Positions 13,001 through 23,845 of a DNA stretch of 64,000 nucleotides are shown here, piece after piece (the first letter of the stretch is position 1; every line of letters begins with the position of its first letter). A program made the translations under genes and the position numbers. Below the pieces are notes generated by a model that did no database searches, was not told the DNA's origin, and saw only the letters and a list, made by a program, of their open reading frames with translations. The stretch is from Podospora anserina (lineage: Eukaryota): the NCBI GenBank assembly GCA_017654855.1, contig CM030336.1, positions 4,836,001 to 4,900,000 on the forward strand, in the 5' to 3' direction.

Positions 13001-15319
13001 GTGCTTTGCTGGTAGTATCAAGAAATGTCCCCAGACGGTCCCTCGTTGAAGAGTTGTAAATGCACTTCCAGTGGATGCTGTGATGATTGAGTTGGAAACG
13101 GCGAGCAGCATCTTCCGTAATGAGACTCGAGTAGGTCACCGCGTTTCTGACCAAGGCAGGAACTTCTTGTGAGGGTGGCATTTGCTGCAACACCCATGCC
13201 TTCTCATGGTCTGTCAAGACATTAAAGTCAAAGTAGTCCAGAAAGTCTTCCAAATGGGCATTGTTTCTGCGACACCACGTTTGAGTCATGCAAATATACT
13301 CAAACTCCGACATGGCGAGGTTATCTCGGTTGAGGAGCAGCTCCAGAACGTCATGGTCATAACCATCGAAAACATTGCGATGAATCTGAGCTGTGTCCTT
13401 GAGAATAATCTGCTTGGCGGCCTCATGTAAATCATCAAGAATAAACGGTGGCGCATCCCGGGGGGGGTCGGGTGCCTGTTCCAACTTGGGAGGAATTCTG
13501 ATGATGGTCCCGTCCACACACTGAGAGAAAAGCCGGTTCAGCTCCTGACACTCTGGTGCCATGGGCCCCCGAGCACGAGCCCAGGCCAAGTAAAGCTTCT
13601 TGACTCGCCCAAGAGACATGTTGTTGTACTTGGCAAAATAAACAAGCCGGTCGTCGTCGGTGATGGCTTTGAAGCTGATCGCTTCTCTGGCACCTGGATA
13701 CTTGGCGGGTTCCGACATGGTCGAGGGAATCACACTTTTATCCCAGCAGACGAAGACTGTTGTCCCTGTTAGCGTCTCTATAGCAACGTTAAGGGGGGCG
13801 ACTCCACCCAAGAAAACATACAAGTATCACCATCCAAATCACCCCCAGACATCAGATCCGCCGCTGGTCTTCTGCCCCTCGAAGAAAAGACAATGCAATC
13901 CGTCAGATGCGCCAGCTCTGGTCTTTCAACCACTCTAAACTTTTGCATATCTCCCGGGTGTAAACACGGGTTCCTCGTCACCAACACCTCCATCCCTTTC
14001 AGCGCCGCCGGTTGGCCATCCTCGAAAAGGGTGACTTTGACTGCGCATTCTCCCTCCTTGAGACAATCCCAAGCATCACACACCCCAAACAGCAGCCTCG
14101 ACTGCGGGATCAAGATTCGACATTTTTGATCATCTCGTTTGTTCAACATCTTGCCGTATTCTGCCTTGACGAGCGCCTTGACTTTGGATTGGGCGTGCTC
14201 AACGTTGTCTGCCATTAGGATTTTCTCCGCCATTTCAGGCATATTGGCATAAGACAAGAACCTAAACGCAGCTCGGGGGTCTCTGGTAGCTTCTTCGAGA
14301 AACTGGAAATGTTCGTTTTGCTTTTGATGAAAGGTTTTGTGTGTGATGCCAAGGGCGGAGAGAAGGAGGATGGACTCGTCGTTGAGATACCCGTAGGTGT
14401 ATGGTTTGGAGTACTCGACGACAGAAAAGGAGTAATCGTCGCCACCAGAGAACTTCTTCATCGATTTGCGCAGCTTGAGCCAGATCGGAGGGGCGTCGGA
14501 GCTCTTGTTTTTTGGTCGCGGCATGGTCTGATCGACTTCCACAACGCCCTTGTAACCGCGGTAGCGTATTTGGAACACGGACGGGGTGTAGCGTCTATTG
14601 CGAAAGATGATTCGATCACGTCTTGCCAGTTCCCGCGCGAGATTAGGTGAGATGAGGCCGCAGCCGTCGGTAAAGATGTAATCGGCTGTCTCGATATCGG
14701 GGATGTCCTCGACGCGTTCGGGCGGGATGAGCATTGCTACCGATCCGGTAGAGAACAGGAGACTTATACGCTTGGCCTTTTTGGCAACTGTCTTCATTTT
14801 CGAAAAGTCGCCCAAGTCGTTGACCTTACGGGAGATCTCCTCGGGTGAACCGGCATAGAAAAAGCAAGTTCGGGATTTGAGCTGGCTGTTGCTGTGGCCG
14901 TAGAAATTGTAGTGGACACCTTGAATGGAGATGCCGGTCCTGAGGAGTCGAATAGCGTAGTCGGTACATTCTCGGGGCGTGGATGGTTGAAGCGAGTCGT
15001 CTGTGGATGTTGCTGCAGCAGAGCGGGGTGGTCGTCGTCCAGGCGGAGCACGCAGCTCGGCGATAGAGACGACGAGGAACTTGTTGAGTGGCTCGCCGCG
15101 GATAGCTCGATTGTCTTGTGCCTTGACCAGGGTGAAGTTGATTTCGTGCTTGCCACCGGTCATGACCAAGCTCACTGTTTTGATGAGTCGAGCATTGTCG
15201 AGCTTGTCGGGCCCGGGCAGGTTGGGGATGGTGTACCTCCATTCTCGATCATCTAACCTTATCCAGTCCTGGAGTTGGTGTTTGAAGCTTGCAAGTTTGC
15301 CACACATGGCAGTCGACAT
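10089..15319 (-). CDS. Eukaryotic RNA-dependent RNA polymerase fused to a C-terminal Upf1/NAM7-like SF1 helicase (~1720 aa, 1 intron)
   Basis: RdRP motifs: HSNSQLK, FTDGCGLIS, FQIRYRGYKG, LRKSMKKF, RNPCLHPGD, SGGDLDGD. Intron 13757-13821 (GTATGT..GCTAAC..CAG) gives DLDGDTFFVCWD and joins the 1244-aa ORF. That ORF carries the helicase motifs LNPSQ, GPPGTGKT, APTHNAVD, IIDEASQ, GDHVQLRP, SLFERL, QYRMH, TPYAKQ, DAFQGRE and RLNVALTRAR. Start taken at the first ATG (15319). Confidence 0.9.
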
Positions 15320-15683
15320 CCTTGGGAGGGAGATGTAGCGACAACAAGAAAAGAACTGGCGTCTACTGAAGGCAGGTCGAGGGCACAGGTGCTGGGTTTT
15401 GAGGAGGGGCAGGCCACACAAGAGCAACTAAACTGTCGGAGCTGGATCTCGCAGTTGATACGTGCCCGCACCTCCTGCAGCAGGCCTCAGTGCATATCTC
15501 ACCTGACTGGCTCAAAGCGCCGATTTTCGACCATCCCTTACATCAAAGATCATCGAGACGAGTACCTACATCACTTTCAGCTACCAGCCACATCTATCTC
15601 CACGTCGTTCCAGCATCGAAAGCCTGGAAAAAGTCCATCAAGCACAGTCGACTATCTACAGTTGAATTGCGCCCTACCAAACA
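15320..15683. promoter_or_regulatory. Probable bidirectional promoter between RdRP-helicase and P-loop kinase genes
   Basis: Only 364 bp separate the two divergent start codons. No specific element was identified. Confidence 0.4.
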
Positions 15684-16328
15684 ATGTCCCAACCACCAAA
15701 CATCTACATCATCGGCGCTCAATGCACAGGCAAAACAACCCTCGTCAAAAACCTCCACGCCAATTTTGAGTCCAACTCCTCCCATGAACCGCCAGTCCTG
15801 ATCACCGAAGTCGCCCGCACAGTCCTCAAGCAGCATTCCTTCACAGCAGCCGACGTCATCAACCCAGACAGAAGCATCCAGCTCCAAAGCCTGATCCTAC
15901 AAGCACAAGCCTCCACCGAGAGACAAGCCACCCAAACCGGGCAATGGTTCATCTCCGACAGATCAGGAGCCGACCCAATCACCTACGCCTTGCGATATGT
16001 AGAAGAAGGACGAGCCAACCAATTGATCCAGTCGGATGAATGGCGGGAACTGAGAACAAGGATGCAGGACGCGGTTGTGGTTGTCTGTGAAGCTAGCGAA
16101 GAAGCGCGGAGCTGGCTTGCGGATGATGGGGTTAGGTTGATGCCGGAGGATGTGGATGATTGGATTGCCATGCACAGGGTGTTTTGCGAATTCTTGCAAG
16201 ATCAGGAGATAAATTTCCAGGTCTTGCCTGCTTGGGTTGGGGATCATCAGGAGAGGGTTGAGTTTGTGTTGCAATGTTGGGATTGTAAGAAAGAAAGGGG
16301 TCCACGGTGGGTGGTAACTGATTTCTAA
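15684..16328 (+). CDS. AAA_28 (NadR/Ttd14-like) P-loop nucleotide/nucleoside kinase-like protein
   Basis: N-terminal Walker A IYIIGAQCTGKTTL, followed by EVAR, FISDRSGADPITYA (DR motif of NMP/dN-kinase-fold proteins), DDGVR and ERVEFV. Intronless, 214 aa. Confidence 0.8.
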   Translation: MSQPPNIYIIGAQCTGKTTLVKNLHANFESNSSHEPPVLITEVARTVLKQHSFTAADVINPDRSIQLQSLILQAQASTERQATQTGQWFISDRSGADPITYALRYVEEGRANQLIQSDEWRELRTRMQDAVVVVCEASEEARSWLADDGVRLMPEDVDDWIAMHRVFCEFLQDQEINFQVLPAWVGDHQERVEFVLQCWDCKKERGPRWVVTDF

Positions 16329-16350
16329 TGGCGGGTTTATAGAAGGCTAC

Positions 16351-17529
16351 CTATACACCATAGGCAGCGACAAGTCTCGCTCGCTCAGCCGCGGTACTAT
16401 GGCAGTTAGTCGATGTTGGAACGGACTGATCTAGGAATGGGACACTCACATAGGAGTTACGTATCCGTGCCTGGGATTCTTTGGCAGCTTTGCGTTCTTG
16501 ACGACCGTCCACTTGCCCTTGGAAATATCGTTTGTTGTGAATGGAAGGTAGCCGCCGTCACCACGCATGTAGTCGTCGATCCACAGATGCCACTGTCTCA
16601 AAGTTAGTAGAGCCCCCTCTCTGTGCTTCCTCACAGTGACTGACTGACCTTCTTCGGATCCCTGTTATCCCTAAACACCAACGGTCCCTCCCCGGCCGGC
16701 ATGCCTCCATCAGCACCAATCCTTTCGCTAACCGTCTTCCACGGCCCCTCCGGACTGCCCGCCACATTCTGCTGAATCAACTCATCAGGCCCATGCTTAC
16801 TAAACCAGTAGTACTTCCCCGTCTCCCCCTCCAAAGCAATAGTAGCATCCATCCCCAGCCGATTAAACTCCTCCGCCCGTGTAAACGTCTTGAAATCCTC
16901 CGTATGCGCCTTCATAAGCACAAGCTGACTATCCAACTTGCTCGTGAAATAAACCAAGAACTTGTTCTTGACCGGATCCCAAATCGCGTCCGGAGCCCAA
17001 GCCATCGCTGCTTCAGGGGGAGCCACCGTCTTGAACATCGGCCCGGTCCATCTCGCGAGATCGTTTGATTCCCAGACGTGGATAGACTTTGATCCGTTGC
17101 AGGTGTAGCAAGTCCCATTGTTCCAGCCGCGGCCCCAGACTTTGAGGTCTGTGGCGAGGAGCCAAAACTTGGACCGGTCGGGCGCGATGATGAGAGATGG
17201 GTCGCGGATGCCGCCCATGCCGAGGGAGGTGGTTAGGATGGGGTCACCTTTGTTGAGGGTGGTCCAGGTGGTTGGGTCGTTGTTGTTGCTGATGGCCATG
17301 TAGACTTGTTCGCCGTCTGGGAGGCGTTCGCCGGTGAACTGGGTGCTGTAAGCATTCTGGTTAGCTACATGGGGGAGAGGGGGGAGGGGACATAGGTGTA
17401 GAGGTAATCTGTGAAGTTGGTCGCTGGAGCTTGCCGCGCTTCAGGGCTGTGGTGCTGTAGGGCTGACAGTGGTGTGCCCTGTGCTACATGGGCAGCTGCT
17501 AGAATGATGGAGCAGATGATGTGACGCAT
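16351..17529 (-). CDS. Secreted glycoside hydrolase family 43 protein (3 introns)
   Basis: Signal peptide MRHIICSIILAAAHVAQG. Motifs FTGE..GEQVYMAIS, GIRDP, ATDL, WAPD, EGP, WIDD, RHG. Introns 17339-17391 (weak GTCCCC donor), 16593-16648 and 16397-16449. Ends ITAAERARLVAAYGV-TAG. Confidence 0.85.
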
Positions 17530-18772
17530 GTTGCCCTGAAGGTGCGAGAGTTGCCACAACATTGGTTGGTGCGCTTCTGCACATCGTGTACCCAATGACC
17601 GGTTTTATACTTTGTTGATTCATCATCACGACGTCCACTTACACGGATAATTCTCCTCCGTCGGCCACTCCCGAGATCGGTGTGGTGGTCGTGAATGCGC
17701 AAGCAATTTATCGTGCAGCCGTGGCGATATCCGCGCAAATGGGAGGTCGGGAGTGGGCCGCGCACACCGGCAATCTTTTTTGCACCGCTCAAATTGTACG
17801 AGGAGTTTGTAGGCTAATATACACATCTGTTGTCGGAATAAGGGGGTAACGCATGGAAAAGAGCCGCAGAAGATGTCCATGTTGCCAAGGCTTTCAGCTG
17901 GGGATGGTCAGCTGCTGAAGCTGTTTGCTGTGAGCTCAGTTTGTCATCAGATTCCTGGATAGGCGTTAATTCACTTGAGAGTCCGAAGGAGAGCGTCCGA
18001 AGAAGAGCGTCCGACACGAAGAGGAGATAAATCACTTGTAACGTATATTATAAGCGAGTAACCCATATAGGCGAGTGACCCACTTCCCACCACACCGTAA
18101 CAAACTATCCTCAATTATACCGCAACAACACTAGGAAGTAACTATAATTATATTAGAAACCGCTGAATCAGATGATTCCCTAGCCTCCTGGCAAGTGCGC
18201 GCGTTATGGCCAGGCTTGCCGCACATACTATAGCACCGAACCCTCGCACGATCTCCCCCTGCATTACTATTATCCGGCTACGTTTCTTACACTCCCTTCC
18301 CATCCACGGCCTTCTGATCCAGTAGATTCTGTGCCTCTTATATAGTAAGTGACCCTCTAAGCCTTACACGTGTTTTTTTAGTTTTCCGGCGTTTGCTTAG
18401 TATTTTATTAGCTTTATAAAGTAAAGAGACCTCTATACGAAGGAGAGTTACCTAGTATATTATAGCCGTTATACCTTTAGTAAGTTAGTTTACTCTAATT
18501 AATATTAAAATTAGGAAATTATTTTAATAATTAATAATACGAGTTTTAATAAAGGTTAATTATAAATTAGTTTCTCGAAAGTTATATAATATTTAAAAAA
18601 GTTAAGGTTATATAGTACCGTGCCGTAAGTTTATAGGTATTAACGTACGAAGTTTTATATTTAGTTAAAAAAGTATTTTTACTAAATCGTACGGTATAAG
18701 GCTAGTACTTATAAAGCTACTTTATATTTTTTTTTCTATTATAAAAGTAAAGAAAGCTTTACGAAAGGTATA

Positions 18773-21270
18773 ATGTATATTATAAGCGAGTCGTACAAAT
18801 AAGCGAGTCGTACAGTCTCCACCACGACGCGTCCTCCTTACACCTAACATTAATTTTTTCCACAACCCAACATGCCTCTTACTTTAAAGGAAGCTAGGAT
18901 ACTTTTAGCCCTTGAGGCTCTCTAAAAGGACGAAAAATTAAGCCTTCGAGCTATAACTAAGCTTTATAACGTACCACTTATAACTCTCTCTAACCGACGC
19001 GCCGGCCGGCCTACACGACGCGATACTACGCCCAGATCGAAGAAACTTATATAATCCAAAGCGGAGGCTATTATTTACTATATTATTAAGCTATTTACGC
19101 GAGCTTTTCTATTAAAGTTACGTAATATAAAAGATATAGTTAACTAACTATTATACGTACGTAACGCGCCCTCTATTAATAAACTTTAAATATATAATTT
19201 CGTTAAACGTTAATTATAGTTCTATACGCGTTTTACGCGTAAATATAATTACTAGAGAGCTAAGTGCGAGGATCCGAAAGTTATTATTAAATAATTTACG
19301 TTTATATAGAATATTAAAATTAAATATAGTATTATAAATAACGATATTTATAATTTTAACGAAACTAAATTTATAATAAATATTATTTTTATAAATATAA
19401 TAATTATAATTTCGGACGGTTTTAATAAAGTAAAACTAACCTAGCTTAATAACCGTAAGTAAGTAACAGTAATTTAAAGAATTAATATTTTTAATTAGGC
19501 TATCCCGCCTTTTATTATTTTAACTATATAATATTATTTTACTAATTAATATATTTGTTAATGTGTGGGTACTACTAAGTGCCCTACTTGCTGCTTTATA
19601 GATTAATATTATAGTGAGTAGTATTGCTATAAGCAGTAATGGAATTTCCCGGCTTAGATCCCTTTAGAATATTTTTTATAAGGGACCTTTAAAGGCTTAC
19701 AGGGCTACTGTAGCCTAAGGCTTAGTTAATAGATACTAGAACCTTCCAAAGTAGCTATAGGCTTACGTAGTAAGTTGCCACAATAGTGTGATTTACAGGG
19801 TACCTTTACTACTAAAGGTTCTATAGATTTCCGTGAGTCTACACTAGACCCACCTAAGCCCACTAAATACCCAAAGTAGTATAGAGGCTTCTAGGGCTTA
19901 CAGGACCCACAGTAGGCCTACGAAGGCTTATATATAGACCTCTCCTCTCTCCTGTAAAACAGTTTTCTTTCTTTCTTAAAGGGCAAAACCTTAAGGCTAA
20001 AGCTAAAAGCTAAGGCCAAAAGTAATAAAAGCAATTTTTATTCTTTATACCTCACTGTATTACAGTACTTTACCTTCCTTCGGCACTGCCATCGTATCCT
20101 CCCGCTTCCGCTTACGCACTGCTGTATTTTATAGTAACCCTATATAGATTCTATATTATAGGCCTATTAGGGCTTACCAGCTAACAATACTAAATATAAT
20201 TTATTATTTACTTAACGTATTATAATTATTAATAATAATTAAATTATTAATTTAATAAACTTAAATTAAATTAAATACTTTAATTATTAAATAGCGTCTC
20301 GTACGAAAAATAAATACCGGTTATTAATCCTCGATAATTATAAAAGCTATTATTTAATTAAATTCGAATATTATTATTAATAAAATAATATTATTATACT
20401 TTATATATCTTTATACTCCTCCCACTTCCTTTAATTACTTAATATTAATTACTTTAGGCCGTTAAAATGAATATACGGCCGCAAAACCGAGAGCTTAATA
20501 TATATATATATTAATTATATAAGTAAACTCGAATTTCTTTATACTTTCTATAAAGCTTTTTTCGTTTTTATAATAAAAAAAAATATATAAAGTAGCTTTA
20601 TAAATACTAACCTTATACTATACGATTTAAAGAAAGTACTTTCTAAATTAAATATAAAGTTTCGTACGTTAATACCCTTATCTTTAAAGCCGGGTATAGT
20701 ACTCCCTTAAGTATTTTAAATACTATAAAACCTCTAAAAAACTAACTTATATTTAACGCTTATTAAAACTTATATTATTAATTATTAAAATAGCTTTCCG
20801 ACTTTAATATTAAATACTATAAATTAATTTATTAAAGGTATAATAATTATAATATACTAAATAGCCCTCTTATAGGCAAAAGTCTTTTCGCTCCGTAAAA
20901 CCAATAAGGTACTAAGTAAGCGCCGGAAAACTAAAAAAACACGTATACAGCTCGGAGGATCACTTATTATGTAAGATGCACAGGATTTACTAAACTAAAA
21001 GGCCGTAGGTGGGGAGGTAGTAAAAGAAATATAGCTGGATAGCGGTAGTGTAGGGGGGGCTCGTACGACGGTTCGGTACTGTGGTGTGTGCGGCAAGCCT
21101 GGCCATAACGCACGTACTTGCTAGGAGGCTGGGGAATCATCTAATTCAGCCGTTTCTAATATAATTATAGTTACTTCCTAATATTATTGCGGTATAATTG
21201 AAGATAGTTATTGTAGGGTGGTAAAGACTATACAACTCGCTTATATATACGACTCGCTTATAATATACGT
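18773..21270 (+). mobile_element. RIP-inactivated Fot1/pogo transposon nested in the outer element
   Basis: TIRs A(T/C)GTATATTATAAGCGAGTCGTA with TA duplication. Transposase ATG at 18872 and CGVCGKPGHNARTC near 21080. It measures 1862 bp after removing the LTR insert, the same length as the 31710-33571 copy. Confidence 0.9.
19556..20186. mobile_element. Solo LTR (631 bp) inserted in the nested transposon
   Basis: TGTTA...TAACA termini and a 5-bp target duplication ATATT/ATACT. The sister copies at ~32490 and ~49865 show the empty site. Confidence 0.8.
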
Positions 21271-21412
21271 TAAAGGAATTCGAACTTATTTATATAGTTA
21301 TTATATATATATATTAAGTCTTTAATTTAGTAACCGTATATTTATTTTAGCGGCTTAAAGTAACTAATATCGAGTAGTTAAAGAAAATAAGAAGAATATA
21401 GAGGTATATAAA

Positions 21413-21845
21413 TATCACAACCCTAGTATATAAACGAGAATAACGATTGGTTATAGAATTACGGGAGTAAGGACTAATTGGGGAAACACCTAAGAGAGCT
21501 AATCACAGTAGGGAACGGCTAATTAGTGTGCGCGGAGTACCGAGTAGGCCGGAACGGGGTAATTAGTGTAATTAAGGCACTAATCAGGCTAACCAAGAAC
21601 AATTAGTATAGTTAAGGCACTAATCAGAAGAATTACGGCTAGGAAGAGGAGTCTATATATACGGAGGGACTGGTTAGTGTAGATAGATAGTTCCGCAATA
21701 TGCAATTTACAGCTTATATTTACGGTATTTTGTATTTACATTAAAACATTTTATTGTGCACTATTTAGCTGCACCGGACTAGGATTATTCAGAAGAGCCT
21801 TTAACCGGTATCCCTTTTAGAGGTTCTGGATAGGGGTTTATCACA
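21413..21845. mobile_element. Solo LTR (433 bp) of a second family, inserted in the outer transposon
   Basis: T(A<G)TCACA...ATCACA termini and a perfect ATAAA duplication (21408-12 / 21846-50). Internal repeat AATTAGT.TA.TTAAGGCACTAATCAG occurs twice. Confidence 0.75.
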
Positions 21846-23845
21846 ATAAAGTATAATAATATTATTTTATTAATAATAATATTTAAATTCGCTTAAGTTA
21901 TAACTTTTATAGCCGTCGAGAATTAATAACCGGTACTTACTTATTATACAAAACGCTATATAATAATAAAAGTATTTAATTTAAATAAAGTTTATTATAT
22001 TATAAATTAAATTACTATTAATAATTAAATTATTATTAATAATAATAATATATTAAATAAATAATAAGTTATACTCGGTATATTAATTAATAAAATAGTA
22101 TTACGCGAGTAAAATAATAAAGGATAATATAGCTTAACTAAAAGTATTAATTTCTTAAATTACCGTTACTTATTTACGGTTATTAAGCCTAGCTAATTTC
22201 GCTTTACTAAAGCCGTCCAAAGACGTAACTACTATACCCGTAAAAATAATATTTATTATAAACCCAGTCTTATCGAAATTATAAATATCGTTATTTATAA
22301 TATTATACTTAACTTTAATAATCCGTATAAGTATAAATCATTCGGTTATAACTTTTAAATCCTTATACTTAGCCCTTTAATAATTATATTTACGCGTAAA
22401 ACGCGTACGAAACCATAGTTAGCGTTTAACGAAGTTATATACTTAAAGTTTATTAATAGGAAGCGCGTCGCGTACGCGTAATAGTTAGTTAGCTATATCC
22501 TCTACACTACGCAATCTTAATAGAAAAGCTCGCGTATATAGCTTAATAACGTATTAAATAATAGTATCCTCTTCGGATTAAGTAAGCTTTTTCGATTTGG
22601 GCGTAGTATCGCGTCGTATAGGCCGGCTAGCGTGCCGACGCCCTAAAGTCTTACGATCGACTCTATCGATCTTGGCTGCGGCTCGTTCGCTTAGATTCTT
22701 ATTGTTTTGAAGCGTTTGGATGGCTAAAATTATATAGACTTTATTTGAATTAGAAGCCATCTTGGATAGTTAAGGAAATTGTTATTGAGTGCGAAGGTGT
22801 CATATCACGAAGGAAGTGGGTCACTCGCTTATATAGGTCACTCGCTTATATAGGTCACTCGCTTATATAGGTCACTCGCTTATAATATACGTTAAGTGAA
22901 TTGCCCAGTATCTTCACTTGATCCCAACCTGGAAACTTGGGGGAAATGATTGTGACAACTTATTCGAAAACGTGATGTTGTCGGTGGTGCTTATGGGAAG
23001 GAAGGAAGGAAGAAACAGGTTATAGTTCAGGCTGGAAAAAGAAGAGCAGGATCTTAGTAGTAGGCCTCTTCCCACGCCTCTCACACAGTCAATCGACCAG
23101 AATCTTGATCACTATCATGGTGCCTACATGAAGCCTCGTATCATCTTGCAGTGCTATTTGAGGAGATTATTGGTTAGAACGGGTACGGAGACCTGTTTAG
23201 AGTGAGCTGGTGGTTGGAGAGGAGCTAGGTTCCGACAACATGGAATAACGGCTGTGATTAAGGCCGGGTTTGATTTGAAAACGGTGTCGAACTTCGTATT
23301 GGGGACTCTTTCGTCTCTAAACGGGGCATGCAATAGACGGCACCGAATAAGGTAGAGACTGAACCAGAAGCAACCGTGACGTTCCGAGAAAATGTCCAGC
23401 TATCCGACGAAATCTTTCAACTATCAGTTGAGAGCTAGTCATGCTAGGTGAGGTTTCCAGAGCCTTCCGTGGAAGCTCATTCACTGTTATTCCAAGGCGT
23501 CTCCCCTACGGGGCTTGAAAACCAGAGCTAGAGCAACCTAATAGATTCCCCGGGTCACAGAGCAGACCCACAACTTCTCTGTTGTCCTTCCAAATTGACT
23601 ACCTAAACTGGACGCGACAGTTGCAGGACCTAACCCCATCGCGTTTACCTGTTAGCCCTTTCTTGTTTTTCCACTACTACTTTCTGTCTTGAGAAACCTG
23701 TCCCATCCGATTGCAACTTTACCACGCTCTGCCCCTGCGGTTACCTCAACACCTCGACCGCCCACGCATGGTATGTAACGAGCGCCTAAAACGTTTCAGG
23801 GGTCTAGATCGTACTGATGGACACCTCTTTTGTAGCCGTTCAAGC

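Larger units (their letters stand above)
18041..22892 (-). mobile_element. RIP-inactivated Fot1/pogo (Tc1/mariner) DNA transposon, outer element of a nest
   Basis: TIRs ACGTATATTATAAGCGAGT at both ends, with TA duplications at 18039-40 and 22893-94. Transposase starts MASNSNKVYIILAIQTLQ at 22760. C-terminal CGKPGHNARTC knuckle near 18190-18230. Very TpA-rich. Confidence 0.9.

Noticed and set aside
10089-13823. Stand-alone 1244-aa Upf1-like helicase ORF and separate 549-aa RdRP ORF
   Set aside because: The first ~20 codons of the helicase ORF are intron, and the RdRP domain continues into it. This is one gene.
8258-17529. Terpene biosynthetic gene cluster
   Set aside because: There are no tailoring enzymes, transporter or regulator next to the cyclase.
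22819-22892. CRISPR-like repeat array
   Set aside because: The repeats are contiguous with no spacers, belong to a transposon TIR, and the genome is eukaryotic.
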